Of a DNA stretch of 64,000 nt, positions 1 through 9,516 are shown piece after piece; the first letter of the stretch is position 1; every line of letters starts with the position of its first letter. The DNA comes from an uncultured Gammaproteobacteria bacterium (GTDB lineage Bacteria > Patescibacteriota > Microgenomatia > Levybacterales > GWA1-39-11): assembly GCA_964485575.1 (NCBI GenBank), contig CAZAJO010000006.1, positions 8,990 through 72,989 on the forward strand, in the 5' to 3' direction. The translations under genes and the position numbers were made by a program. The notes beneath the pieces are model-generated. The model saw only the letters and a program-made list of their open reading frames with translations. It had not been told where the DNA came from and made no database searches.

Positions 1-784
1 TTATTCCTTGATCCTGTAGTTCACTAAGTTCAGCTACTAAATTATTAGGTGTTCTGTTACGTACACCAAATAGTAATTGGTCACTTGCACCCGCACAAAA
101 TCTGCAATTAAATGGACACCCACGTGAACCTACCATATTTGTTTCTAATTTACCCTGAGAAGGAAATGGGTCTAACGGAAGAAATTTTCTATCAGCAAAA
201 AACATTTTATCTAGATCCTTAGGAACCCATTTGTCCTCCACATCGTGACGGACTTCGACAAAATCGCCATTATCTTTTAAAAAAGCTACTCCACCCATTG
301 ATTGTGGTGAAACTCCGTCAAGGATACCTCTCATAATGTACTCGCCATCCTCAAGTGCCAAGGTGATTATTCTTCCTCCAATCTCAACATCTCTTAAAAT
401 TCGTTCTGGCATTGCTTTGGCATGTGCACCCCCAGCAGCAACGGGAATATCTCTATCCAAATTTGTTAGAATTCTTTTAGCCAATGGGAAGGTGGGAGTT
501 AGCATATTAATTCCAACGAACTTGGGTTTTGCCTCATTAATTACTTGCGCTGCAAGTTCTGGGGAAAGTGCATGAGCCTCAGCATCGACAACTCCAACAT
601 TATATCCAGCCCTTTCACATTCAGTTGCGATATGTGCTAATCCAAATGCAGGGAGCTGTTCAGTATCTGGCCGAACAACATTAGTGTAGTCATTAATAGG
701 GGAATTTACTAATAATAAATCAGGTCTATTTTCGGGACTTTGAAGACCTGATATATATTGTTTGGGATTAACTAAGCGTTCCAT
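1..784 (-). CDS. B12-binding radical SAM protein (runs off window start)
   Basis: Not in the ORF track. Manual translation from ATG 784 gives MERLVNPKQ...PDLLLVNSP...LPAFGLAHIA...VGVVDAE...AAGGAHA (cobalamin-binding domain), then GSRGCPFNCRFC (CxxxCxxC). Open to base 1. Confidence 0.9.
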   Translation of the reverse strand, partial: MERLVNPKQYISGLQSPENRPDLLLVNSPINDYTNVVRPDTEQLPAFGLAHIATECERAGYNVGVVDAEAHALSPELAAQVINEAKPKFVGINMLTPTFPLAKRILTNLDRDIPVAAGGAHAKAMPERILRDVEIGGRIITLALEDGEYIMRGILDGVSPQSMGGVAFLKDNGDFVEVRHDVEDKWVPKDLDKMFFADRKFLPLDPFPSQGKLETNMVGSRGCPFNCRFCAGASDQLLFGVRNRTPNNLVAELSELQDQGI

Positions 785-871
785 ATGAGTAACTATCAAT
801 CATTGAGTAACTCTTACTCATCATATCATTTATACAATAAAATGCAACAATTGTGGTGAATCTGAAATTCT

Positions 872-1444
872 TTATTTGGAATACTCGGGGTCTATTTTCA
901 TCTGTTCTTCTATTAAATGTCGAAAGTAATCTGATTTTGAGGGTAATTTTTTCTTTTTTGCTCCCCATTTCATATATGAATCAATTTCAGGAGTGATAAA
1001 TACATTAAATTTAATTTTGTTTTTTTTAAAATTATCTAAATAGTGTCTTAGATCCTGTTCTATTGTATTTTTCTTATACTTAATAATAGAAAAAAGGTGT
1101 GTATTTCTCTTATAAATAAGTATTCGTGGAATTTTCTCGATACTATTCTTGTCGCATAGACACAAAACTGGGATATTGTTATTTCTGGCATATTCAATGA
1201 GAATTCCGAGTGATATTGACTGATCTGAGATATCAACAATTAGCAGATCTGAATTGCTTACACTCTTAATTGCTACATCATATAGGTCTTTTGGTAAAGG
1301 TATTTTCGCTCTGTTTTCAATTATTCCGGTAAAATATGGATTGCTATTTTCAATATCATATTGATCCAAAATATCTAATACTTTTTTAAAAAGCCCATGA
1401 TTGGCTTCGGTATTTTCTGTCGAAGCTGAAATATACGCTTTCAT
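872..1444 (-). CDS. Nucleoside 2-deoxyribosyltransferase-like domain fused to C-terminal ribbon-helix-helix domain
   Basis: N-terminal KAYISAS...SDLLIVDISDQSISLGILIEYARNNNIPVLCL follows the NDT/RCL pattern. C-terminal KFNVFITPEIDSYMKW...SKSDYFRHLIEEQM follows the RHH pattern. Confidence 0.7.
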   Translation of the reverse strand: MKAYISASTENTEANHGLFKKVLDILDQYDIENSNPYFTGIIENRAKIPLPKDLYDVAIKSVSNSDLLIVDISDQSISLGILIEYARNNNIPVLCLCDKNSIEKIPRILIYKRNTHLFSIIKYKKNTIEQDLRHYLDNFKKNKIKFNVFITPEIDSYMKWGAKKKKLPSKSDYFRHLIEEQMKIDPEYSK

Positions 1445-1594
1445 ACAACGGAATTATACATTTTTTAACCTCGATATTCTAACCCAAAGAAAATCTATTA
1501 TTGTGATTAATTAAATAGTTGGAGAAATACTCTTCAATTTGATTCTAATCTAATCAAATTCACCGCCTCACTTTTGGTAATTAACAAAGTTTTG

Positions 1595-1623
1595 TTGAAG
1601 CTAAAGGACCAGTAAGTTATAAT
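1595..1623 (+). promoter_or_regulatory. Sigma70-type promoter for tRNA-Gln
   Basis: TTGAAG(1595-1600)-17 bp-TATAAT(1618-1623). Confidence 0.6.
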
Positions 1624-1642
1624 TGTAAGGTTCGAAAACAAT

Positions 1643-1662
1643 TATTGGGATGTCGTCTAATG
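1643..1662 (+). repeat. 20-bp exact copy of the tRNA-Gln 5' end
   Basis: TATTGGGATGTCGTCTAATG at 1643-1662 is identical to 1698-1717. Confidence 0.9.
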
Positions 1663-1700
1663 ATCGCTCCATTAGACGTTTGATCTCAGAAGAACTATAT

Positions 1701-1771
1701 TGGGATGTCGTCTAATGGTAGGACCGCAGCCTTTGGAGCTGTGTATTTTGGTTCGAATCCAAGCGTCCCAG
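1701..1771 (+). tRNA. tRNA-Gln (anticodon TTG)
   Basis: Cloverleaf: acceptor TGGGATG/CGTCCCA, D-arm GTCT-AATGGT-AGGAC, anticodon arm GCAGC-CTTTGGA-GCTGT, T-arm TTTGG-TTCGAAT-CCAAG. CCA is not encoded. Confidence 0.95.
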
Positions 1772-1859
1772 CAAAGCACTGAACCTTCGGTCGTCAAATG
1801 AAAGCGCACCGAGTAAAACTCGGCGAAGGACCGCAGCAGAACTCTTGCGTCCCAGCATA

Positions 1860-2225
1860 TTATTTTCTGAGGATTTTGTCCATTTCTCTACCCTTTGTTA
1901 CCTCATCTACCAATTTATCAAGATACCGGATAAGTTGCATTGTTGGTTCTTTAATCTCCTCTACTCTCACCCCACAAATGACTCCGGTTATTTTATTCCT
2001 ATCAGGATTTAAATGAGGGGCATTTGCAAAAAATGTTTTGAAATCAGTCTCTTTTTCAATTTGTTCTTGTAATTGCCTTTGTGAATATCCTGTAAGCCAA
2101 CAGGTCACTTCATCAACTTCTTTTTTTGTTCTACCCTTTCTTTCAACTTTTGCAACATATAAAGGGTAAACACGCGAAAAAGTCATGCTATATATCCGTT
2201 GTAATTTCTTCTCGTCTATTTTCAT
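1860..2225 (-). CDS. DUF2200 family protein
   Basis: [24 protein letters not shown]...[13 protein letters not shown]...[10 protein letters not shown] signature. Confidence 0.9.
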   Translation of the reverse strand: MKIDEKKLQRIYSMTFSRVYPLYVAKVERKGRTKKEVDEVTCWLTGYSQRQLQEQIEKETDFKTFFANAPHLNPDRNKITGVICGVRVEEIKEPTMQLIRYLDKLVDEVTKGREMDKILRK

Positions 2226-2281
2226 AATCTCATTGTATCATTACATTTTTTTTGCAATTCATTTGCTATACTAGATTTATT

Positions 2282-2890
2282 ATGAGAAAGATTTATGTCC
2301 TCGAATTCCTTACCCTAGATGGTGTTATGCAAGCTCCAGGGGGCTCTAAGGAAGATACGAGTGAGGGATTTAAATTTGGTGGTTGGATGGGTCCTTTCTT
2401 TGGCGGTGATGAGATTGCAGGTAAGGAAATGGAAGATCAGATGAAAATGACCGCGGCATTACTTCTTGGACGAAAAACATATGAAATCTTTTCGGGATTT
2501 TGGCCGCATCATGCTACAGAAACAGAAGGCTGGCCACAAATTAACAAAATTCCAAAATATGTAATGTCCAAAACGTTAAAAAACCCCACTTGGGAAAATA
2601 CAGAAGTTATCAACGATATTGATGAACTAAGAAAATTGAAAAATTCTGATGGTCCGGATCTTCAGGTTTATGGAAGTGCAGATCTTATTCAGACTCTTAT
2701 GAAGCATGATTTAGTTGATGAATTTTGGCTCAAAATATTTCCCATTACACTAGGGACAGGAAAACGATTGTTTGAAAAAGGTACAATACCTGCTGCCTTC
2801 AATCTATATAAATCCCAAGTTACTCCGAGTGGTACTTTCTTTGGCTATTATAAACGTGCGGGAGATGTCAAAACCGAAGATATTGTATAG
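2282..2890 (+). CDS. Dihydrofolate reductase family (RibD C-terminal) protein
   Basis: LTLDGVMQAPG, LLLGRKTYE, VYGSADL, LVDEF..IFPITLGTGKRLF. Start moved to ATG 2282. Confidence 0.9.
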   Translation: MRKIYVLEFLTLDGVMQAPGGSKEDTSEGFKFGGWMGPFFGGDEIAGKEMEDQMKMTAALLLGRKTYEIFSGFWPHHATETEGWPQINKIPKYVMSKTLKNPTWENTEVINDIDELRKLKNSDGPDLQVYGSADLIQTLMKHDLVDEFWLKIFPITLGTGKRLFEKGTIPAAFNLYKSQVTPSGTFFGYYKRAGDVKTEDIV

Positions 2891-2988
2891 TTGTTTACGT
2901 AGTTAACAAACGCAAGCATGGTAATTCGGAATATAAAATTGCCCTACTGAAGACAACCAAAAAGTTCGAATAGCACAGCCGCAGGACA

Positions 2989-3008
2989 CTGTGTATTTTG
3001 GTTCGAAT
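2989..3008 (+). repeat. 20-bp exact copy of the tRNA-Gln variable loop/T-arm
   Basis: CTGTGTATTTTGGTTCGAAT is identical to 1739-1758. Confidence 0.85.
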
Positions 3009-3039
3009 AATCTATCACCAGCTTTGTTATACTTTATAA

Positions 3040-3600
3040 ATGGCCTACTTCCATAGGTGGAAATATCAGAATCTCATTTTTCTTGCAATATCGATTATTG
3101 CAGCAATTTTCTTATCCCGTTACGAGCCGTTCCACGAATTTTTGCTAAAACTTGGTGGGTTTGGGTATATCGGAGCATTCGTTGCTGGAGTTTTATTTGT
3201 ATCAACTTTCACAGTTGCAACTGGTGCAATTATACTACTTGTTTTGGCCGAGCGCTTATCTCCAATAGAAATAGGTATTATTGCAGGGTTGGGAGCTGTA
3301 TTTGGAGACTTTGTTATTTTCCGTTTCGTTAAGGATAATCTTGCTAACGAAGTTGAATCAATTTATAACCATATCGACGGAGACCATCACATACGAAGAG
3401 TTTTTCATTCAAAATATTTTAGTTGGAGCGTGCCTGTAATTGGAGCAATAATAGTCGCTTCTCCCTTCCCTGACGAAATTGGAGTAAGCCTTATGGGGAT
3501 ATCGAAAATGAAAACTTACAAATTTTTATTAGTTTCATTTATTCTCAATGCGATAGGTATTTTCTTAATAGTTTCAGCTTCTAAAATCATCAAGCCCTGA
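3040..3600 (+). CDS. Multi-pass membrane protein (DedA/VTT-like)
   Basis: Hydrophobic helices with GLGAVFGDFVIFRF and ASPFPDEIG motifs. Confidence 0.6.
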   Translation: MAYFHRWKYQNLIFLAISIIAAIFLSRYEPFHEFLLKLGGFGYIGAFVAGVLFVSTFTVATGAIILLVLAERLSPIEIGIIAGLGAVFGDFVIFRFVKDNLANEVESIYNHIDGDHHIRRVFHSKYFSWSVPVIGAIIVASPFPDEIGVSLMGISKMKTYKFLLVSFILNAIGIFLIVSASKIIKP

Positions 3601-3651
3601 AAAAATTATGGTCAGAAGTTGAGCATAGATTGAATTCAAAAAGTTAATAAT

Positions 3652-4251
3652 CTATGCAGATTCGTTGTCAGTCTCAATAAGGTGCTTTCTTACAATATTT
3701 TCTGATTTATCCGCATCAGGGAGTAGATCCTCAAGTATTTTTTGATACTTAAATGGATTGTGGATAAGGTAAAGATATTCATATTTTTCAGATGTCCAAT
3801 TGAAAAGCTTTAACGTCCCGAAATTGAACATCCTTCCAAAAATACCTTGATCCAATTCAACAGAGCCAATGTGCATGAGCATAAAACGTTCCTCTTGCTT
3901 GAAGATAAGACCTTTTTTAAGGACGATTTCTTTTGGTTTTATTTCGTAATATTGGTTAAGCCAGGAAACAATAACAAAGATTGTAAGGAAGGATTTTATT
4001 GCAAGCATCGTTATAAAAATCGGGATATTAAAAACAAGGATATTCTCTCCCAATCTTTGACTGACTTCTGGTGAGAAGACGAGGGTAAGGAACAATATGA
4101 GGCCAAACGCTGCTAAGATTTCAATCGTCACGAGGCGCAAATGAAGAAAAAATATACTTTGTCTGATGGTCAGATGTGTGACAATTATTTGATGAGTACC
4201 ATTCTCTTTTTTTGTGCCCATCATTTTTTCTTTGTAGTCAAGGCTTGGCAT
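3652..4251 (-). CDS. Membrane protein with bacterial PH (bPH_2) domain
   Basis: Two TM helices, then YYEI...KKGLIF...IGSVELDQGIFGRMFNFGTL. Confidence 0.75.
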   Translation of the reverse strand: MPSLDYKEKMMGTKKENGTHQIIVTHLTIRQSIFFLHLRLVTIEILAAFGLILFLTLVFSPEVSQRLGENILVFNIPIFITMLAIKSFLTIFVIVSWLNQYYEIKPKEIVLKKGLIFKQEERFMLMHIGSVELDQGIFGRMFNFGTLKLFNWTSEKYEYLYLIHNPFKYQKILEDLLPDADKSENIVRKHLIETDNESA

Positions 4252-4268
4252 ATGAAATAACTTCTAAA

Positions 4269-4604
4269 CTATTTTACGCTTGTGGAGGCAAATAAGGCAA
4301 TAAGTATAACGATATTCACAATAGTTCCTGCTTTTGCGTCCTTCCAGTACTTTAAAATGAGAAGTTGGGAGGAAACAATTGATAGCACGGCAAATGCTAG
4401 CCAATATCTAAATCCAAGAATCAACAAAACCCCAGACGTTAATAGCAACACTGAAGTAGTTAGCCACATAATGCCCTCAAACCTTGAGACAGGGTCTGAA
4501 AATTGATCAAATTCCTTCAGTTTTGCTGACTTAGCAAAGCCAAACAGATGGATCAGACCGTGAATCAGTAAGAAAATAACCAATAATTCATTTATGAGTT
4601 TCAT
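4269..4604 (-). CDS. Hypothetical membrane protein
   Basis: Four hydrophobic segments, HGLIHLFGF and WKDAKAGTIVN. Overlaps the upstream gene. Confidence 0.7.
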   Translation of the reverse strand: MKLINELLVIFLLIHGLIHLFGFAKSAKLKEFDQFSDPVSRFEGIMWLTTSVLLLTSGVLLILGFRYWLAFAVLSIVSSQLLILKYWKDAKAGTIVNIVILIALFASTSVK

Positions 4605-4980
4605 ATCGGTTAAGTAATATTGATAATAAAACTATCACCATTCCTAATCCGAAATAAAATATCTGAAGCCACATTGATTTATTTATGATATACAGTTGGG
4701 CGAACTCGAATATCATTATGGAAAAGCCGGCGCTCACAGAAAGTTCATGAATTATCTTTGACTTCGTAAAAAGAGTAAAAGCCGCATAGATGTTTAGCGT
4801 TCCAATGAGCATTAACATAATTGCAGGTACATGATATGAATCAAACCATCCGTGAAGAAGACTAACGGGCATACCCATCCCATTTGAGGTTAAAAGCTTT
4901 ACGCCCCCAATCATTGTCGAGATTGCGATAAAAAACTCTATCAAAAAAATCACTAATTTTAGTTTATGTTTTAATGCCAA
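4588..4980 (-). CDS. Hypothetical membrane protein
   Basis: Four TM helices; TTG start preceded by GGGGTG. Confidence 0.7.
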   Translation of the reverse strand: MALKHKLKLVIFLIEFFIAISTMIGGVKLLTSNGMGMPVSLLHGWFDSYHVPAIMLMLIGTLNIYAAFTLFTKSKIIHELSVSAGFSIMIFEFAQLYIINKSMWLQIFYFGLGMVIVLLSILLNRYETHK

Positions 4981-5047
4981 ATTTATTCACCCCAATCAGG
5001 GTAAACACTGGTAGTGAAAAAGTCGTTGAGGTGTGACAAGTTCTTGG

Positions 5048-5063
5048 TGTGATCTGGATCAAG
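5048..5063. promoter_or_regulatory. Putative Crp-family binding site
   Basis: TGTGA-TCTGGA-TCAAG (TGTGA-N6-TCACA-like) upstream of the 4980 gene. Confidence 0.45.
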
Positions 5064-7518
5064 AAGATTGGATGCCCTGCTCTACTTCCTTTATTTTCAG
5101 AGCGGTTTTCAGTACTGTGTCAGGGTTTAGTGAAATAGAATCCACTCCTTCACGGACCAAAAATTCTGCAAGTTCTGGAAAATCAGAGGGTCCTTGTCCA
5201 CAAATACCAACCTTCAGTCCTTTCTCATGCGCTTTTCTAATGAGCGTGCTTATGAGAGTATGGACCGCTTGATTGTTCTCATTTCCGATATGAGCAATGA
5301 GTTTTGAATCTCTATCCAAGCCCAGTGTAAGCTGGGTAAGATCATTTGACCCGATTGAAAAACCATCAAATATCTCAGCAAATTCATCTACCAAAATGAC
5401 ATTTGAGGGAACCTCAGCCATGACCCAAATGTGTAAATTTTCGTCTAGCTCTCCAGTTGATTGTAGATTTTTACCCTTGTCATGATAAAGACCATTTTTC
5501 CCCATTTCCTCAATCACTTTCCGTCCTTCTTCAGGAGTTCTACAGAAAGGGATCATGACTTGAAGATTACGTAGCCCCATCAGTGTTCTTACTTTGTTAA
5601 CAGCCTGACACTCTAGAGCAAAAGCTCTTGAGAATTTTTCGTCAGTATATCGGGAAGCCCCTCTCCACCCTATCATGGGGTTTTCCTCATGAGGTTCGTA
5701 TAATTTCCCACCGATAAGTCCAGCGTACTCATTTGACTTGAAATCGCTGAAGCGCAATAACACCTCGTGTGGATAAAAAGCTGAAGCTATTATTGCTATG
5801 CCGTATGCTAGCTTGTCAACATAATAATCAACCTTATTTGGATAACCCACAGTCAACTCATCTATCTGTCTTTTTACATCCATATCGGTCAACGAATCAT
5901 AATCAAGAAGTGCATTTGGGTGGATTTTTATGTAGTTTGAGATAATGAATTCTTCTCGGGCCAGTCCTACTCCCATATTTGGGATAAAGGAGTAGCTAAA
6001 TACCAGTTCCGGGTCTGCAATTATCATCTTTACTGCGGTCTTTGGGAGTTCAAATCCTGTAAGGTCAGTCTTGTCTACCCTATACTTGAGAATACCCTCG
6101 TAAACTTTGCCAACTTCACCCTCAGCGCAGCTTACAGTTATTTCCTTCCCGTTGGGAATTGCATTTGTGGCATTTCCAGTGCCTACGATTGCAGGAATTC
6201 CAAGTTCCCTAGACACAATTGCTGCGTGGGAAGTTCTGCCACCCGAATTTGTGACAATTGCCCCTGCAATTTTCATAATAGGTTCCCAGTCAGGATCAGT
6301 AATTTCGGCTAATAATACTTCCCCTTGCTTAAATTCAGATAATTGAGATGGATCTTTGATGAAATGTGCTGTTCCTGTTCCAATCTTTCTTCCCACTGAA
6401 GCACCTTGTGCCAGGATTGTTCCATGTTCTTCAAGAACATACTCCTCAAGCGTCATGCCATCTTTCCTTGCTTGTACGGTCTCCGGTCTTGCTTGGACTA
6501 TATAGAGACTATTTTGTTCACCGTCATATGCCCACTCTATGTCCATTGGTTTTTGGTAATGATTTTCAATAATTACTCCCCATCTTGAAAGTTGCAGTAT
6601 CTGTTCGTCAGTAAGAACGTAGGTTTGTCTTTCATTAGGGGAAACGGCGACGTCTTTTGTTGGACTTGTACCCTCTGTAGAATAGATGAGTTTTTTCTCT
6701 TTTGTGCCTAATCTTTTGCTTATTATAGAGGAGAACCCTTTTATGAGAGTTGGTTTGTGGACGACAAATTCATCGGGAGTCACAATACCTTTCACGATAT
6801 ATTCACCAAGTCCCCATGATCCGTTGATAAGAACGACATCTCTAAATCCACTATCAGAATCTAAAGTGAACATAACACCGCTACAGCCTCTATCTGATCT
6901 CACCATTTTTTGTACAGCAACAGAAAGCGCAACCTTAAAATGGTCAAAATGTTGATCTACCCGGTAAGAGATCGCTCTATTCGTAAAAAGAGATGCAAAA
7001 GCTTTTTTAATAGCATCTTCAAGAGCGTGTTCCCCTTTTATATTCAAATATGATTCCTGTTGGCCAGCAAATGAAGCGTCTGGCAGATCTTCAGCTGTTG
7101 CCGATGATCTGACAGCTACATCACAGTCATCTGTTCCTTCTCCGAGCTTTTGAGGTAATTGATGATATGCCTCATATATTTCTTTTTTCAATTCTTCAGG
7201 GAATGGAGAGGCAATGATAAGATCTCTGATTTTGCTCCCCACATTCTCTAATTGCTTAATGTCTGAAGTATTTAGGTCTTGCAAAAATTCCCTGATTTTT
7301 GCATCAAGCTGATTTTTTTCAATGAAATATCTGTAGGAATATGCAGTAACCGCAAAACCAAAAGGCACTTTAACGTGTTCATCGGGAAAAAGTTGACTCG
7401 TTGCGTTGGTTAGATTTTGATACATTTCGCCAAGGTTGGCATTTTTTCCACCTACGAGAGGAATGTCATCTTTATTCACTTCGTCGAACCAAAGTACGAA
7501 TTTTTGTGCTTTATCCAT
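5059..7518 (-). CDS. ppsA: Phosphoenolpyruvate synthase
   Basis: VGGKNANLGEM, VAVRSSATAEDLPDASFAGQQES, GGRTSHAAIVSRELG (phospho-His), GFSIGSNDLTQL, GICGQGPS. Confidence 0.97.
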   Translation of the reverse strand: MDKAQKFVLWFDEVNKDDIPLVGGKNANLGEMYQNLTNATSQLFPDEHVKVPFGFAVTAYSYRYFIEKNQLDAKIREFLQDLNTSDIKQLENVGSKIRDLIIASPFPEELKKEIYEAYHQLPQKLGEGTDDCDVAVRSSATAEDLPDASFAGQQESYLNIKGEHALEDAIKKAFASLFTNRAISYRVDQHFDHFKVALSVAVQKMVRSDRGCSGVMFTLDSDSGFRDVVLINGSWGLGEYIVKGIVTPDEFVVHKPTLIKGFSSIISKRLGTKEKKLIYSTEGTSPTKDVAVSPNERQTYVLTDEQILQLSRWGVIIENHYQKPMDIEWAYDGEQNSLYIVQARPETVQARKDGMTLEEYVLEEHGTILAQGASVGRKIGTGTAHFIKDPSQLSEFKQGEVLLAEITDPDWEPIMKIAGAIVTNSGGRTSHAAIVSRELGIPAIVGTGNATNAIPNGKEITVSCAEGEVGKVYEGILKYRVDKTDLTGFELPKTAVKMIIADPELVFSYSFIPNMGVGLAREEFIISNYIKIHPNALLDYDSLTDMDVKRQIDELTVGYPNKVDYYVDKLAYGIAIIASAFYPHEVLLRFSDFKSNEYAGLIGGKLYEPHEENPMIGWRGASRYTDEKFSRAFALECQAVNKVRTLMGLRNLQVMIPFCRTPEEGRKVIEEMGKNGLYHDKGKNLQSTGELDENLHIWVMAEVPSNVILVDEFAEIFDGFSIGSNDLTQLTLGLDRDSKLIAHIGNENNQAVHTLISTLIRKAHEKGLKVGICGQGPSDFPELAEFLVREGVDSISLNPDTVLKTALKIKEVEQGIQSS

Positions 7519-7565
7519 AAGAATTTCCTGCCCCTTAATTAAATAATAAATGATTTTTTCAATAA

Positions 7566-7602
7566 ATGATATTGATCAAATTACTCTGTGATTCATATCA
7601 TA
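7566..7602. promoter_or_regulatory. Two tandem Crp/Fnr-type sites between ppsA and the divergent gene
   Basis: ATGAT-ATTG-ATCAA (7566-7579, Fnr-like) and TGTGA-TTCATA-TCATA (7587-7602, Crp-like). Confidence 0.6.
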
Positions 7603-7637
7603 GAAAAAAGCTCACAAGTATTATATTGTGTTGACAT

Positions 7638-7988
7638 ATGATTCAATCGACTGGACATGGGAGCTACAGATTATACGAGACCAAAAGCCATGTAAAAATT
7701 GTCGAACTTGGGAAAGACAAATATATTTGGCTTTTAGCACCAGGAATTGGAGAGATAATAGTTCTGACTACAGCAGTTCACAAAATAAAAAACTTTCTTT
7801 CCATTGGTAACTACCGCCTGTACAAGGTAAAAGATGAGCCGGATTTTACCGACCTTCTGCATTTGGAACTATTTATTGGCGACAGCATTTGGCAAGGATA
7901 TCTTCTTCCTACAGGTCTTCCAACAACAACAAAGAAAAGAAGGAGGATTATCCCAACAAATGAAATCATTACGAAAGTGACACTCTAG
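7638..7988 (+). CDS. Hypothetical protein
   Basis: 116-aa ORF filling the gap between ppsA and the Crp gene. Confidence 0.7.
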   Translation: MIQSTGHGSYRLYETKSHVKIVELGKDKYIWLLAPGIGEIIVLTTAVHKIKNFLSIGNYRLYKVKDEPDFTDLLHLELFIGDSIWQGYLLPTGLPTTTKKRRRIIPTNEIITKVTL

Positions 7989-8629
7989 ACATTTTCCGAA
8001 AACTCATCCTGAAACTTTTTACCGTCATGGATTACGATCTTATTTCTTTCGACCTTCACAAGCCCTTTATCCTTAAGGATTCTTAATTCGCGGCTGATCG
8101 TCTCTCTTGTCATGCCCGTTTGTGATGCAATATCCTTTTCAGATGTTTGGATTTCAACACCTATGGCTGTTTTTTTGCCAAATCTTTTTGCGAGGATGCC
8201 AAGTTCTGACATGAGTCTTGTGCTTGCGCTTCCTGCCATCAGATGAGTCATCTTGCCCAAAAGCCCTTCAGTCCCAAGGTATACTCTTGAAAGAAGATCA
8301 AACAATACGTCAGGATTATTTTTTATGAAATCCAATGTGTCATCCTTTGGACAACGGTACAATTCAAGATCAGTCACCGCTTCGTAGAAATAGGTATTGG
8401 GTGTATCATTGATTGCCCAAGACATCGGGAAAAAGGCCTTGGGTTTGAACAGATTTACAACAAGTTCATCCCCTTTTTTTGAGATTGCATAAACTTTGAC
8501 ATTACCATTCATTAGATAAAAAATGCCTTGCGGCTGATCATCGGCTCTTATCAAAAGCTCCCCTTTTTTATACTTCTGATTTTTATATTTTGAGAAAAAA
8601 GCTAAAACTTTTTCTTCGACTGGAGACAT
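7985..8629 (-). CDS. Crp/Fnr family transcriptional regulator
   Basis: cNMP-binding-like N-terminus (YKKGELL...IFYLMNGNVKVY) and HTH SEKDIASQTGMTRETISREL. Confidence 0.93.
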   Translation of the reverse strand: MSPVEEKVLAFFSKYKNQKYKKGELLIRADDQPQGIFYLMNGNVKVYAISKKGDELVVNLFKPKAFFPMSWAINDTPNTYFYEAVTDLELYRCPKDDTLDFIKNNPDVLFDLLSRVYLGTEGLLGKMTHLMAGSASTRLMSELGILAKRFGKKTAIGVEIQTSEKDIASQTGMTRETISRELRILKDKGLVKVERNKIVIHDGKKFQDEFSENV

Positions 8630-8663
8630 ATCTGTATTTTATCATTATTGGTATAATCAATAT

Positions 8664-9515
8664 ATGGTCAAAGGAATTATTTTAGATGTTGACGGAGTGA
8701 TAGTTGGAGACAAACCCGGTGTTAATTTCCCCTATCCAAATGGCGATGTCATTGATGCTCTTTACAAACTCCACGAAAAAGGGATGCCTATCATACTTTG
8801 TACCGCAAAATTCGGATACGCAATCATAGACATTATAAAGAAGGCAAACCTCAACAACCCTCATGTAACTGACGGTGGTGCTTTGGTTATAAATCCACTT
8901 GAAGGACAAATCATACGCGAACACGTTCTTGAAAAAGATGTCCTTCTTGAGTTGGTATCTAAATGTTTGAGTCGTGATATCTACGTTGAATTATATGTGC
9001 CGGATTCTTATTTTATGGATAAAAGTCAGGTAAGTGAATTTACAAAAAAAAGGATAGAAATTCTTCAGAAAGAGCCAACTATTGTTGAATCACTATCACT
9101 GGTTGCAAGTCAGAAAGATATCATCAAAATACTTTGCTTTGCACGAGAAGACCATGAGATAGAAGTTTTGTCTGACATAGCACGTTCACTTGGCGATCGT
9201 ATAAACTTCATCTGGTCAACCCACCCTTTTTTACCGGGTGTCAAGTCCGGAGTCGTAACAGCTCCAAATGTTTCAAAAGAGAATGCAATAAAAGAGACTT
9301 TAGAAAGTCTTTCTTTGTCTTTCGATGACATGTTGGGTATTGGGGATGCTTCTTCAGATTGGAACTTCATGAAGCATTGTAGGTATGTTGCGACACTTGA
9401 AAATGCTGATGAGAAAATCAAAGAATTGGTAAAGACAAAAGGTGACGGAAATTTTATTGTAGCGCCTCATGTTGACCAGAACGGGATTTTTGAGATCTTG
9501 AAATACTTTCTTTAG
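8664..9515 (+). CDS. Cof-type HAD superfamily hydrolase
   Basis: ILDVDGV, ILCTAK, VSKENA, GIGDASSDWNFM. Confidence 0.88.
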   Translation: MVKGIILDVDGVIVGDKPGVNFPYPNGDVIDALYKLHEKGMPIILCTAKFGYAIIDIIKKANLNNPHVTDGGALVINPLEGQIIREHVLEKDVLLELVSKCLSRDIYVELYVPDSYFMDKSQVSEFTKKRIEILQKEPTIVESLSLVASQKDIIKILCFAREDHEIEVLSDIARSLGDRINFIWSTHPFLPGVKSGVVTAPNVSKENAIKETLESLSLSFDDMLGIGDASSDWNFMKHCRYVATLENADEKIKELVKTKGDGNFIVAPHVDQNGIFEILKYFL

Positions 9516-9516
9516 G

